A DNA stretch of 48,444 bases. Source: a virus. The position numbers and the translations under genes are program-made. Numbering within the stretch: the stretch's first letter is position 1; every line of letters begins with the position of its first letter. Below are positions 17,620 to 28,515 of this stretch, piece by piece. The stretch spans positions 1-48,444 of the IMG/VR virus record IMGVR_UViG_3300045988_154943. The stretch is one strand, 5' to 3'. Below the pieces are notes generated by a model that saw nothing but the letters and a program-made list of their open reading frames with translations, did no database searches and was not told the origin of the DNA.

Positions 17620-20069
17620 CTTATATACCTCCCATAAATCTTTTTATTGTCTATTATTAATTTAGTAGTAACTAACCCATCAATATCAGATGTGTCACAT
17701 TTTGCATTTTTCATATAACCCTCTGTTTTGTTTAGATAAAATGTTTTAGTATCTTTGTAATATTGAGCGATTTCATCAGTCATTATTCTCATTTCATCAT
17801 TACCAGAATGAATTTTATAACCTGTCTCATCTAACAAATGAGTTAAACCAATTACTTCTGTCCTTTTTGGAGACCATTCAGTGTAATTGCCATATTCTAA
17901 TTTTAAATCTCCAAATTCTATGTCACACTCTGAAATAGATGTACCACCTGCAAATATGCTAATTGAACCATAATTGCTTGTAAATGTATCTAACCATTCA
18001 CCATTATATTCCAAGCCATAATAAGTGGTTGTTATAGTAGGTTCATTTTCTATATATAGAATTTGATAATGTGAGTAATATAATTTATTATTTTGGTCTT
18101 TTAAAAAGCCTTGATATGAAATTCTTTTCCAACTGGAACTTTCATTATTATACTCATATAATTGTGAATATGTCTCGTTTTCATAAAGTCGTAACCATTT
18201 AACCGAAGTATCTGTTGGTTGAGTAACATTTGAAAATACATTTAAAGAATTACTGCTCTTTGGTATTTTAAATTTCAAGTTTATTAAATCATCAGTCATA
18301 TCTTTTTGTGTACTCCATGTTATAAAAGGTTGACTAGTAAAAGATAAATTATCTAACATATCATTATAAAAATTGATGTCTATGCTGAAAAAACCATTAT
18401 TTTTTATTTTTGAAGTTATTCTAAAAGATAAGGTTAACTCTTCTTCTTTTTGTACCAAATCAAATATATCACTATAAATTATACTATTTGTTTCAGAGTA
18501 ACTATTATTATACACAGTGTTTAATGCTCTTCCACTTATATATTTATTTTTTGTATCACTAGTAGATACCACATTATAATTATTAGGAATAGGGAATGTT
18601 TTCTCTAAATTTGAAATAAGAATATCAGTCTTTTCCCAATGTGAAAAAACATCTTCATTATAAATTGCTTCATATACGACACCATTCTCGTATTGCCCAC
18701 TCGTTTTAGTACAATACCAATATGTTTGGTTTTTAGTTGGTGGTGTGTCTCCTCTATACATAAATATTGGAGATAATGTACTCCACCCCTCAAAATCATA
18801 AAACATAGTATTTCTCACTAAATTATTACCACTCTTTTGGAAATCGATTTTTAAACCATCTATGCTTTCTTTAATTGTTGTTATTTGCTTAGTGTTATCA
18901 TCTACCTTAGTAATTGTATCCTTTATAGTACCATCTATTGTATTTATTTCTCTCTTAATAGTGTTTATGGCGTTTTTTGGGTCTTCCTCTTTAACATTTA
19001 CTACTTCCGTTTGTTGTCCTGTTGGGATAGTAGGATTTATAGTAGTCATTATGCTTTGTTCAAATGTTATTGTATTATCATTTACTGTCACATAATATTT
19101 ATTTCCACCTAAACTAAATTTCAAATTATCCCATGCGTCTAATGTTATATCTCCAAAATTTTCATTTTTTAATGTATATATTTCAGTGTTTTTAACAGTG
19201 TCATATATATAGTTAACTATTGCAACCATATCTTCTCTCGTACCTCCTATAAACAAGTTATTCTGTCTTATATATAGCGTATTCCCAGTTGTGTCTCCAC
19301 TTTCTATTCCCTCAAGTTCATATCTAACTCTAGTAATCTTGTAAGGCTCTCCTAATTCCCACTTTTTACTTCTCAAAGCATTGATTTCAATAGCGTTTTC
19401 TTGTTTTAAAGGTATAAGTTTTACTTTGCCATCTCTATCTATTTTAACATTGCAACCTTTTAATTCTGCTATCCAACTTAGCCATTGTTTGCCACTAATG
19501 GTGCTATCATATGCTCCAGTAGTTATATTATTCCCTTTAGGGTATTCTTCATCAAATGTTACTCCAAAAAAGTTACATATATATTCAAAAATTTCATTAA
19601 TTGTTGACTTGTTGTTAACAAAACATTTGCTAATGTCTATAGCAGGTTTAAATTTAACCCCATAGTCCAAACAAGTTATTTCACATTTAGTTTGATAATC
19701 CTCTGATAAATCATCTATTAGGTATTTACCCATAGGTACATATAACATTTCACCATTTAATGTTGTTCCTATTGATAATGCTACTTCATTCCCACTTTCA
19801 ATAGGTAGATTATCCAAATTCCTAAATGTAATAGTTATTTGTTGGGAGATAAAACTCCCAACATAAAACATATTACTTGTAGTGTCTATGATAGGGTTTG
19901 ATATAACGATTTTGGCGATTTGGCTATAAGGCACATTTACTGGTGTCTTATCTTCCCCTTTTTCCTTAATGGTAAGTTTAACATTATATATGCTATTACC
20001 ACTATATTCTTTATTCCTAAATGCTTGGGTTACATCAGTACCCTCACTATTTTTAACTATATAAGCCAT
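17616..20069 (-). CDS. tail-associated lysin-like protein (Tal / prophage tail endopeptidase family)
   Basis: 817 aa, immediately downstream of the Dit-like gene and tape measure. Confidence 0.5.
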   Translation of the reverse strand: MAYIVKNSEGTDVTQAFRNKEYSGNSIYNVKLTIKEKGEDKTPVNVPYSQIAKIVISNPIIDTTSNMFYVGSFISQQITITFRNLDNLPIESGNEVALSIGTTLNGEMLYVPMGKYLIDDLSEDYQTKCEITCLDYGVKFKPAIDISKCFVNNKSTINEIFEYICNFFGVTFDEEYPKGNNITTGAYDSTISGKQWLSWIAELKGCNVKIDRDGKVKLIPLKQENAIEINALRSKKWELGEPYKITRVRYELEGIESGDTTGNTLYIRQNNLFIGGTREDMVAIVNYIYDTVKNTEIYTLKNENFGDITLDAWDNLKFSLGGNKYYVTVNDNTITFEQSIMTTINPTIPTGQQTEVVNVKEEDPKNAINTIKREINTIDGTIKDTITKVDDNTKQITTIKESIDGLKIDFQKSGNNLVRNTMFYDFEGWSTLSPIFMYRGDTPPTKNQTYWYCTKTSGQYENGVVYEAIYNEDVFSHWEKTDILISNLEKTFPIPNNYNVVSTSDTKNKYISGRALNTVYNNSYSETNSIIYSDIFDLVQKEEELTLSFRITSKIKNNGFFSIDINFYNDMLDNLSFTSQPFITWSTQKDMTDDLINLKFKIPKSSNSLNVFSNVTQPTDTSVKWLRLYENETYSQLYEYNNESSSWKRISYQGFLKDQNNKLYYSHYQILYIENEPTITTTYYGLEYNGEWLDTFTSNYGSISIFAGGTSISECDIEFGDLKLEYGNYTEWSPKRTEVIGLTHLLDETGYKIHSGNDEMRIMTDEIAQYYKDTKTFYLNKTEGYMKNAKCDTSDIDGLVTTKLIIDNKKIYGRYIR

Positions 20070-20079
20070 ATTTTAATCA

Positions 20080-20544
20080 CTACTCCTCTACTAATGAGAA
20101 CGAATGGTCTATAAAGTTTTCATGTATGTTCCCATTATCATCTTTCCATGCTCTCCACACTGTGATATTCTTATCACTTGCGTACATCTTGTGTACTTTT
20201 GGTTGTAATGTCTTTCTATCTATAAGTTCTACATAAATCCATTCTGGGTCAAGCCTTTTTAATATATATGCTAAGTCATTTTCACTTAACACATTATATG
20301 AAAACTCAACATCATATACATCATGTCTGACCCTATTTCTATGTGTATATCCTTGCAAATCTGTGAATGGGTCTTTATCTACATCATGAAGTGTTATTCC
20401 TAGACCAGAGGGAGTAGGAAAATCTTGCAAATCTGTACACTTGTATTTGATTTGCCCATATTCATCATAGCCATCTTCTTGTCCAGTATGTCCTACTCTT
20501 ATGTAGTTTTCATACTTATTATAATCTATTACTTGCTTTACCAT
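20080..20544 (-). CDS. distal tail protein (Dit)
   Basis: 154 aa directly after the tape measure. Confidence 0.5.
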   Translation of the reverse strand: MVKQVIDYNKYENYIRVGHTGQEDGYDEYGQIKYKCTDLQDFPTPSGLGITLHDVDKDPFTDLQGYTHRNRVRHDVYDVEFSYNVLSENDLAYILKRLDPEWIYVELIDRKTLQPKVHKMYASDKNITVWRAWKDDNGNIHENFIDHSFSLVEE

Positions 20545-20554
20545 TTCCTACCTC

Positions 20555-23161
20555 CTAAAATCCATATTGCCTATCTTTCTGCTTTTGTTTGAATGTTATG
20601 AAGTCTAATAAGCCCTCAGTGTCTCCCTCAGCAGTTATATTAACATTAACATTTCTTCCAGTTGCCATTATTGCTTTCGCAACACCAGCACTTATTCCAT
20701 CTACAATTTGGTCGTTATTTGCTACAGTCGTTTTATTATTTATTGAACCAACCATCTCTGCTCCTGCTTCTCTTGCTATAAATAATTCTCCTTTTTCTGG
20801 GAAACCACCTTGAGCAAATCTTGGAGTAAATCTTCTTATTGAAACATCTGAAAGTAATTTTATTTTTTTATCAACACCCAAAATTTCTGCGATTTTATTT
20901 TCTTTAACTTTCTTTAATAGGCTATTTACGGCGTCAACTATTAAAGTATTAATCAAATATTCAACTCCACTTACAATGAAATTTATAAGTTTAGTAACTG
21001 CACTTATTGCACCCTCTACAAAACTATCTATAGCCCAACCTAATCTACTTATGAAATTTAAAACGTCTTTTAATACATTATGTACTAAATCTGCTACGGC
21101 GTTTAATATATTTACAAAAGTATTTCCAAATGTGTCTATAGTTTTTGATATTCCGTCAAAGATTTTTGTGAATAAATCTCCTACACTTTCGATAACTTTT
21201 GGTAATACATCCCCTAGTGCATAGATTATATTTTCAATATGTGTACCTATAGTTTCTAATATTTCATTTAATCTAGGTGCAACTGTGTCTATAAAAGAAC
21301 CTACTGCTTTTAATATTATTGGTAAAGTGCCTTTCATTACCAATAATATTGCGGATAAAGCACCTGTTAAAGCAATAACTGATATTAATGCTAATGGGTT
21401 TGACCCTAATATAAGTGACGCTCCTACTAAACTCCATATTAATACCTCAACCATGCCTAATGGTATGGCTAATGCTACCAATAATTCTGTCATAGTAAAA
21501 CCACTATCGGAAATTACTTTTATTAAATCTGCTATACTAGATAATGCAGAGGCAAGTGAGAGTAATACAATTGTTATTGATATAGCCTTTTCTAATGATA
21601 GTTTTTTAGTTGCTTTTTCTAATAGCCATACTGCTGCTACCACTTCTAAAAGCACCCCTCCAATTAATGATAACACTTCCCCCACACTTAAACCACTTTT
21701 TGAAAATGCGTCCATCAATTCTATTATTGATTTTATTACTAATACAAGCCCTCCTAGTATAGCAAAAACCTTTATGCCTGTACCAATACTTTTTAAAAAA
21801 CTTCCAAAACCATCTTTTAATTTATCAACCGAAGTAGCAACATCTTTTATATCTTTAGCCTTTTTCTTTCCAAATATAGATTTAATTTTACTAATTCCTT
21901 TAATTATTGGGAACAAGGTTAAAAATGCTACCAATATTGCTGCTACTGCTATTTTTATCTTGTCTATTAATTTGCCACTATGTTTCCATTCGCCATTGGC
22001 GTCTTTTGTAAACCCAAACCACCCCATAATAGCATTCCTTATTTTAACGGCTCTATTATGTGCTTCTTTAAGTTTGTCATTATATTCATCTAATGCTGCT
22101 AATGCTTTAGGGTCTACTCCTCCAACAGTTCCAGTACCACCACTTGAAGCCGTAGGCGTTTTTATTACATTAAGTTTATCAAACCCTCTAAGAGATTTTT
22201 GTGCTTCTTTTGCTGCTTCACCAGCCCCCTCTAAGTTAGTTTTGAAGTCATTACTCTTGTTGACAATGCTTTGCATTGGTACATCTATTCCGAATAACCC
22301 TAATAGCATTCCTAGAAGTTCATTTACGACCATTAGAATACCATTTAAGACTGGTAGCATAGTTTGTAATAATGGAAGTATAAACGCTCCTAATTGCCTC
22401 TTAAGGGTGTCTATTTGTGCATTCCATATTTTAGTTTGAGTGGAAACATCATTAATAGTTGCAGCATAATTGCCTTGTGCATTTTTAAGTTGGTCTATTA
22501 CTAATAAATATCTAAGTGTTGCTTTTGTAGCAAGGCTCATATTTGTAGTATTAGTTTGTATTCCAAGAGCAAGTGCTTTTTGCTTAACTGCATTATCAGT
22601 TACATCTGCACCAAGTATTTTTAAGGTTTCTGCTTCACCAGTAAGACCGCTAACTAGTTGACGAGCCATTTCCGCAGTATCTTCGTTATAATATGAAGCC
22701 ATATCATTAGTTAATTTAAGCATATTTTCAGCAAGCAAACTCGCTTGTTCATTTGCTAAGCCTAGCGAACTTGTGAATTGCCTAAATGTCCCTAAACTAC
22801 TTGTAAGTTGTGCTATATCAAGCCCTGATAAGTCTGCCATAGTTTTAACAAGTTGTTCACCACTACTATTGACTTCGCCATAAGCAACTTGAAGTTTTTG
22901 CATACTTTTATTGTAATCAACTTGTCTTTTAGTAAGCCTTATCATAGTATCTGTATATTTTTGTATAGATAATAACCAAGCCCCAATTTGTTTTATATCA
23001 AAAGCATTCTTTAACTTTTTACCAGTATCTTCTGCTTTGTCACCAAGTTCTTCCGTTGCGTCTGTTTGATTTTTTGTCTCTTTTCTAAGGGCTTTTAATT
23101 GCTTTATTGCCGCTTCCAAATGAGTTTCAATACTCAACCCAATATCTTCTTTATTATCCAT
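20555..23161 (-). CDS. tail tape measure protein
   Basis: 868 aa, N-terminal coiled-coil, central hydrophobic/TM block, Ala/Gly/Leu-rich repeats; after G/GT chaperones. Confidence 0.85.
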   Translation of the reverse strand: MDNKEDIGLSIETHLEAAIKQLKALRKETKNQTDATEELGDKAEDTGKKLKNAFDIKQIGAWLLSIQKYTDTMIRLTKRQVDYNKSMQKLQVAYGEVNSSGEQLVKTMADLSGLDIAQLTSSLGTFRQFTSSLGLANEQASLLAENMLKLTNDMASYYNEDTAEMARQLVSGLTGEAETLKILGADVTDNAVKQKALALGIQTNTTNMSLATKATLRYLLVIDQLKNAQGNYAATINDVSTQTKIWNAQIDTLKRQLGAFILPLLQTMLPVLNGILMVVNELLGMLLGLFGIDVPMQSIVNKSNDFKTNLEGAGEAAKEAQKSLRGFDKLNVIKTPTASSGGTGTVGGVDPKALAALDEYNDKLKEAHNRAVKIRNAIMGWFGFTKDANGEWKHSGKLIDKIKIAVAAILVAFLTLFPIIKGISKIKSIFGKKKAKDIKDVATSVDKLKDGFGSFLKSIGTGIKVFAILGGLVLVIKSIIELMDAFSKSGLSVGEVLSLIGGVLLEVVAAVWLLEKATKKLSLEKAISITIVLLSLASALSSIADLIKVISDSGFTMTELLVALAIPLGMVEVLIWSLVGASLILGSNPLALISVIALTGALSAILLVMKGTLPIILKAVGSFIDTVAPRLNEILETIGTHIENIIYALGDVLPKVIESVGDLFTKIFDGISKTIDTFGNTFVNILNAVADLVHNVLKDVLNFISRLGWAIDSFVEGAISAVTKLINFIVSGVEYLINTLIVDAVNSLLKKVKENKIAEILGVDKKIKLLSDVSIRRFTPRFAQGGFPEKGELFIAREAGAEMVGSINNKTTVANNDQIVDGISAGVAKAIMATGRNVNVNITAEGDTEGLLDFITFKQKQKDRQYGF

Positions 23162-23179
23162 ATTTTCAACTCCTTTCCG

Positions 23180-23503
23180 TTAATATCTAGCCCAAGCATT
23201 GAACTCTTGTTGAGCCTTTATATTAACTTCTTCCTTTGTTAATTTTTTAACCTTTTTATTTTCTTGTTTCTTAAATACTTTTTCGTATGCAGGAAATTCG
23301 TTTTTCTTTCCTTTAGAGAAAGCATTTCCTAGAGAAGCCGAATGTGCTATAAAATTCATATTCCCATTAAGCCATGAATTATATTTGATGTATTCTGCTT
23401 GTTGTTGTTGTTCCATTTCCAACTTCTTCATAAAAGAAATTCGGTATGACCAATATAGTTGAGGGTCATCTTCCCAAAACTCTTCACTAGTCATACCGAA
23501 CAT
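23180..23503 (-). CDS. tail assembly chaperone T part (frame open upstream, fused to G by a -1 frameshift)
   Basis: T frame is open with no stop across the G stop codon; canonical G/GT position before the tape measure. Confidence 0.6.
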   Translation of the reverse strand: MFGMTSEEFWEDDPQLYWSYRISFMKKLEMEQQQQAEYIKYNSWLNGNMNFIAHSASLGNAFSKGKKNEFPAYEKVFKKQENKKVKKLTKEEVNIKAQQEFNAWARY

Positions 23504-23574
23504 TATTGCACTAGGGAATAGTTCATTAAGATAAAAGTCAGTGTATGAACTATATGTTTCGCTAGAGTTCTCTT

Positions 23575-24012
23575 CTACTTCTTCTTTGGGCGTAGTGCAG
23601 TTAAGTTTTTTAATTCTGTTTTAGATACATTGTCTATATTCATATCTTCTATCATTTGTTGTGCTAACTCGATTAATTGTGTTTCACCATATTCTTTAAT
23701 AGCCTCGTCATATAACTCGTTTGCTTTTGTTATACTTAGTTTGTGTTCTGTATATAACATTATCCAATATAATCTTCTAAAAGTTGTTGATATGGTTTTA
23801 CTATCTTCTTCAAACTCTTCAACTCCATCAAATGGGTTTGTTTCGTCTGTTATTTCGTTATCTTCAACATCACTATATTTGTCTTGCATTTCTTGAAGTT
23901 TTTTATTTTCTTCTTTGCAAAACTTTTCCCACGCTATAAGTCCCTTTCTATTTAAAAATAAAGTGTATTCAACCCCTGAAATCTCTATTCTTTCCTTACT
24001 TATTTCGTTCAT
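23575..24012 (-). CDS. tail assembly chaperone G
   Basis: 145 aa acidic protein between the major tail protein and tape measure. Confidence 0.6.
   Translation of the reverse strand: MNEISKERIEISGVEYTLFLNRKGLIAWEKFCKEENKKLQEMQDKYSDVEDNEITDETNPFDGVEEFEEDSKTISTTFRRLYWIMLYTEHKLSITKANELYDEAIKEYGETQLIELAQQMIEDMNIDNVSKTELKNLTALRPKKK
23605..23611 (-). other. -1 programmed ribosomal frameshift slippery heptamer A_AAA_AAC at the end of chaperone G
   Basis: G frame ...gaa tta AAA AAC tta...; a -1 slip continues without a stop into the 23180..23503 frame. Confidence 0.55.
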
Positions 24013-24045
24013 GATTTTCTATTCCTTTCGTTTATTTATTTTTTA

Positions 24046-24747
24046 TTATTCACCTGCTAAAACAGTTACAGCAATACTTCTATAAGAAGTTGCTTCTCCA
24101 GTTGCTTTAACTTCAAGTTCTACCATAGTGTTACCAGCAGTAGCACCTGTGATAGTTAGTTTGTTGTTTTCATAAGTAGCAGTTGCAATAGAAGTTCCTT
24201 TACTTGTAGCAGTTACAGTCGCTTCTGGACTTGTTTCAAGTGTTACTTCATATTTTTCAGTTCCTACTAATGTAATATCATTAAGTGGTGTAGTTATAAT
24301 AGCAGTTGGTTTCATTAATGCTCTTACATCATCAATTGGTTCTGTGTCAGCACTTGATACAGTTATATAAATTGTACCTTGTACAACTCCATCAACACTT
24401 AAACCACTTCTTGCGAAACTTAGTGTACCACTAAATTTTTCACCAGTATTATCTGGGTTTCTTTCTAGGAATGTTAAAGCCTTTCCCTCAATTTTCTTTA
24501 ATGCTCTTATGTTATCTCTATGATAATTGAAAGTATAAGACTTTTGGTCTAATGTTTGTAATCCCTCACATTGAGTAACCATAGCGTCACTTAATACAGT
24601 CTTATCTTGAGTACTAGGAGCGCCTTTTGTTTCTGGTGCGTCAACTACTGGTATTAACATTGAAAACAAATTATCAGTAGCGTCTTGAATGTTTAATGAA
24701 GCACCTTTACTAATAAAACCTTTATCAGTATAATATCTTTCGTTCAT
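24046..24747 (-). CDS. major tail protein with C-terminal Ig-like (Big_2-type) domain
   Basis: C-terminal VTATSKGTSIATATYENNKLTITGATAGNTMVELEVKATGEATSYRSIAVTV Ig-like repeat; position. Confidence 0.6.
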   Translation of the reverse strand: MNERYYTDKGFISKGASLNIQDATDNLFSMLIPVVDAPETKGAPSTQDKTVLSDAMVTQCEGLQTLDQKSYTFNYHRDNIRALKKIEGKALTFLERNPDNTGEKFSGTLSFARSGLSVDGVVQGTIYITVSSADTEPIDDVRALMKPTAIITTPLNDITLVGTEKYEVTLETSPEATVTATSKGTSIATATYENNKLTITGATAGNTMVELEVKATGEATSYRSIAVTVLAGE

Positions 24748-24758
24748 TTTTTCTCCTC

Positions 24759-25190
24759 CTATATTATTCTATTATTCCAACTCTGTTGAGTTGCATTAAA
24801 TATCATTATATGTCTCTTGACATTAATATCTATATATTCCCCTCTTTGACTAGAGGTTCTAATAAAACCTACATTTCTAAAGAATTTTGCAGTTAAATCT
24901 TTTAGTTCGTTTATTACAACTCTTGAATGGTAAGTAGTATTACCTAAAATAACATCTTTAGTATATATTTCTACTTGATATGTTAAATCATTCCCATATT
25001 CCATTCTATTTAGTGCCATAAGACTTAGATTATCTATATTATTTGCTTCTTTGAAAATTATTGTAGGAAAATTAGAAAATGACTGTGGAGTATCAGGAAG
25101 TACAAGTAGTTTATCTTTAAAGACCGAATTAGCCTTTATAAATGAGTTATACTCCTTTAACAATTCTACTTCTAAATTCATTTTATACAC
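24759..25190 (-). CDS. tail terminator / tail completion protein
   Basis: 143 aa, position upstream of the major tail protein. Confidence 0.4.
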   Translation of the reverse strand: MYKMNLEVELLKEYNSFIKANSVFKDKLLVLPDTPQSFSNFPTIIFKEANNIDNLSLMALNRMEYGNDLTYQVEIYTKDVILGNTTYHSRVVINELKDLTAKFFRNVGFIRTSSQRGEYIDINVKRHIMIFNATQQSWNNRII

Positions 25191-25200
25191 CTCACAGTCA

Positions 25201-25782
25201 TCATTTTATTTTACTTCTAACATATTCTGTAACCCATCTTCTTGCATTTTTTTTAACTCTAATTGCTAAGTCATTGAAAATTAACCTACCAGCAAAACCA
25301 TTTGTCCAAACTACCTCACCATTTTCATTGGTATAATACCACCCTCTATATCCGTGATTATTTATATCATATTCCCATTCATCATTACGAAGTGGAGAAC
25401 CCTCAGGGACTACAGTAAAGTTAGCACCTGTATAACCTATTCCATATTCTACTATCTTAGCAAGGCTAAGTTGAGCAGGATATTTGGATTTGGTTGTTTC
25501 ACTCATGTTTTTAGAAGAAATATCTATTTTGCTATCATTGAATATATATATTGTGCTTCCCTCGATTTTGTATTGATGTCTACTAGCATAATAACTAGTA
25601 TCTATATTTTCTTTACCATATGAAGAAAGTTTTTCAGCAGTTATTTCATTTAGTGTTTTCATACATTTTTCTGCTATATATTTATATATTTCTTTGCTAG
25701 TTAGTATTTTCTCTAGTTGGTCTAATTTATTGCCTATTTTTTTGAAGCCATTAACGGAAAAGTTGACAGTATATGTAGGCAT
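25201..25782 (-). CDS. head-tail joining / HK97 gp10-like protein
   Basis: position and size. Confidence 0.35.
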   Translation of the reverse strand: MPTYTVNFSVNGFKKIGNKLDQLEKILTSKEIYKYIAEKCMKTLNEITAEKLSSYGKENIDTSYYASRHQYKIEGSTIYIFNDSKIDISSKNMSETTKSKYPAQLSLAKIVEYGIGYTGANFTVVPEGSPLRNDEWEYDINNHGYRGWYYTNENGEVVWTNGFAGRLIFNDLAIRVKKNARRWVTEYVRSKIK

Positions 25783-25970
25783 TAGTCTAATTCTTCTTTC
25801 TTTTCAAACTTAAATTCTTTTTTTGGTTGGTTTACTTGAAATGTAGGTTTTTTCTTTTCTTGTTTTTTCCAACCAATATTTAAGTACATTGAAAGTAAGT
25901 TTTGAGGGATTTCCATATCAATAAGTTTTCCCTCTTCGTTGATTTTTTCAACTTTTATCATTCTTTCCAT
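25782..25970 (-). CDS. hypothetical small structural-module protein
   Basis: 62-aa ORF, ATGA-coupled. Confidence 0.3.
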   Translation of the reverse strand: MERMIKVEKINEEGKLIDMEIPQNLLSMYLNIGWKKQEKKKPTFQVNQPKKEFKFEKKEELD

Positions 25971-25983
25971 ATTATTTCCTCCT

Positions 25984-26361
25984 TTATTTTACAAGTTTTA
26001 AGAAGTATAGTGATATGCTAGTATTTTGGTTTCTAACTGAATAAATCCTATAATCAGCATTTTCTCCATTTTTGACTTCTCCATTTGGAGTTGTGTCTAT
26101 GTAGACATTATCAAACTCTTTGAATTTGCCTATATACTTGGCTTTATCAATTATAACTGCTTTCATCATTGAATTAGCATTTTCACCAAATTCCCTTATC
26201 TCACTATCTTCACTTATGCCTTGCACATTAAATCTATATTTAATTGGTTTACCATAGATAACCTCTTGGTTTAAATATTCATCTTGTACAACGTCTAATT
26301 TCTTAGCGATGTATATATTACTTTTGTAATTAAGAATACTTCGTTTTTGTACATTATACAT
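25984..26361 (-). CDS. head closure / head-tail adaptor protein
   Basis: 125 aa, position. Confidence 0.4.
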   Translation of the reverse strand: MYNVQKRSILNYKSNIYIAKKLDVVQDEYLNQEVIYGKPIKYRFNVQGISEDSEIREFGENANSMMKAVIIDKAKYIGKFKEFDNVYIDTTPNGEVKNGENADYRIYSVRNQNTSISLYFLKLVK

Positions 26362-26363
26362 AT

Positions 26364-26729
26364 CTATTCCTCCTTGCTTTTAGGTATACCTACTTTGGAA
26401 GTAAGCATATTCATAAGGAAGTTAGACAACCCATCAGATAACTTCCCAAAACCTAAGCCATTCTCGGAATAACTTGTAAAGCCTTGTTTATCTGCTAGAT
26501 TATATAATTCTACACAACATCTAAGTTGCCAATTATAATATTTTTTTGGAAGTGGAAATTCACTATAATCTTCGTAAGGATATAACACTTCTAAGGCAAT
26601 TGACTTACTATCATCTAATAAATCTTTCAATACTTGTTCCCAAGCATTAGTATCACCAAATATATCCTCATCAAAAGTTATTCTTTCTTTTAATTTTGGT
26701 AATTGAATACTTAATTCTTCTTCTGTCAT
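26364..26729 (-). CDS. head-tail connector (gp6-like) protein
   Basis: 121 aa acidic protein directly after the major capsid gene. Confidence 0.4.
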   Translation of the reverse strand: MTEEELSIQLPKLKERITFDEDIFGDTNAWEQVLKDLLDDSKSIALEVLYPYEDYSEFPLPKKYYNWQLRCCVELYNLADKQGFTSYSENGLGFGKLSDGLSNFLMNMLTSKVGIPKSKEE

Positions 26730-26756
26730 GTTATATCCTCCTTAGATTTGTTTTAA

Positions 26757-27908
26757 TTAACCTCTTGAAATTATTCTTACAAGTGGAACTAATTTTGGGT
26801 CAATATATACTTTATTTGAAGTATCATTGTTGTTAACAAGTTCCCAGTTTGCACCATTTTCAAAATCAGTATTTAATGGTGACCTATTAGTCTCGGCTTT
26901 ATAAGAAATTAGATAAGGAACTATCATATATCTTATTCTTGAAATTAAATCAGTATGTCCACCTTTTTCTTTAGCATTTCTATCTAATTCAGCAGGTTTA
27001 ACAGTACCCATATCTTCAAATTCAAAGAAGTTAGATTTCATTACATAAGATGTATAATTTGTTGCAGGTACTACATAACTACCAGCAGCAACATCAGCAG
27101 GTTTGAAAGCAGCCTCGTTAACATCTGATAATTTAATTTCTCCAGCAGCAGGTGTTTCACTATTAGCAACAACTTTTAATGCACCAGGAGTACTTTCAGT
27201 TGCACTATCAAAACCATCTTCTGTAGGCATATCATCATCAACTATAACTGTTCTTCCGTTCCATGTACCGATAGTTAAATCTTTTGTAATTCCTCTTTCA
27301 TCAGTATATTTATTGTATTCGATTAAGTTTAATCCCTCTAAGTTAGTACTTACTGCACTGTGCATAAAGATTACACTTAAATCTGCTTTGAAGTCACCTA
27401 AAGCCTTTTGTGCTGCTCTATTAAGACTATCTGCACTTAAATTACTAGTAATTTGATAAGTGTGTTTACTTACGAAATCATTAGAACCTGTCATTGAGAA
27501 AATACCTTTAAGCATAGATAATACAGTTGCTTGTTTCTTTTCGTCCCAGTATTCTTTAATTTCACTTGCTTCTGCCATGAAGTCTTTACCTGTAATTTCA
27601 CTTACATAGTCATATTCACCCCATGCTTTTGCTCTACCATAGCATATTTTACCTTGATAGAAAGTGTCTCTTGATGTTGAAGTAATATCTGTTTCACCAT
27701 CATAGTTTACTTCATCTCCACCAATTCTTCCATATATTGGTTCTACTTGATAGAAACCACCAGTTTGACTAGTTTGTTTTGCTTTATATTTATTAACATT
27801 TTGGAATATTGTACTTCCAATTAAAGCATTTTTCTTAGTACTTGGAACTGTTCTTAAATAAGTTTCAAATACTTCTTCGTTGAATATCTTTCCACGATAT
27901 TTTTCCAT
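26757..27908 (-). CDS. major capsid protein
   Basis: 383 aa between scaffold and connector genes; strongest SD in the module. Confidence 0.6.
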   Translation of the reverse strand: MEKYRGKIFNEEVFETYLRTVPSTKKNALIGSTIFQNVNKYKAKQTSQTGGFYQVEPIYGRIGGDEVNYDGETDITSTSRDTFYQGKICYGRAKAWGEYDYVSEITGKDFMAEASEIKEYWDEKKQATVLSMLKGIFSMTGSNDFVSKHTYQITSNLSADSLNRAAQKALGDFKADLSVIFMHSAVSTNLEGLNLIEYNKYTDERGITKDLTIGTWNGRTVIVDDDMPTEDGFDSATESTPGALKVVANSETPAAGEIKLSDVNEAAFKPADVAAGSYVVPATNYTSYVMKSNFFEFEDMGTVKPAELDRNAKEKGGHTDLISRIRYMIVPYLISYKAETNRSPLNTDFENGANWELVNNNDTSNKVYIDPKLVPLVRIISRG

Positions 27909-27930
27909 AATTTTCTCCTCCTATTTTATA

Positions 27931-28515
27931 TTATTGTAAATTTTCGATTACACCAGGATTTTCATTTACGAACTTTATTTGTTCTTCATTAGTCATTTTA
28001 TAGAATTTATCTAAAGTCATAACATTATCGTCCTGTTGAGGTACATTAGTAGTATCAGGTTTAACATTAAGATTAGTTATACTTTCTCTAGTTTGTTTTT
28101 CAACAGTATCTTTAAATGTTGTAAATCTATTTTTTAATAGGTTTGCATTATTTATAGTTGTTTGTTCATCTTCACTTACTAAAGTATCTATTAAACTTTC
28201 ATCAATATCTAATCCAGATAAGATTTCTTTTGCTTTAGCCTTATTAACAATAATCTTTGAATTTCTTAAGTTTGTTTCTGCTTCTTTTTTCATGGCTTCA
28301 AACTTTTCTTGTTCAGTCATGTTTGCTTTGTTCATTTCGTCTAATTGATGTTGAGCAGCATTGTACTTAGTTTCAAATTCTCCTTTTGTTAATACTTCAC
28401 TTTGTAAGTCTGCTATTTGCTTATCTTTATCCTTTGACACTGAATGTAAAGTATTTAAGATATCAGTAACTTGTTCCTCTGTGTATCCTTTCGCTAATAA
28501 ATCCTCACGTTTCAT
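27931..28515 (-). CDS. capsid scaffolding protein
   Basis: 194 aa, highly charged helical protein directly upstream of the major capsid. Confidence 0.5.
   Translation of the reverse strand: MKREDLLAKGYTEEQVTDILNTLHSVSKDKDKQIADLQSEVLTKGEFETKYNAAQHQLDEMNKANMTEQEKFEAMKKEAETNLRNSKIIVNKAKAKEILSGLDIDESLIDTLVSEDEQTTINNANLLKNRFTTFKDTVEKQTRESITNLNVKPDTTNVPQQDDNVMTLDKFYKMTNEEQIKFVNENPGVIENLQ

Noticed and set aside
21285-22439. 384-aa plus-strand ORF antisense to the tape measure gene
   Set aside because: Shadow ORF within a long GC-skewed coding region on the other strand. No SD and Ser/Thr/Pro-rich nonsense composition.
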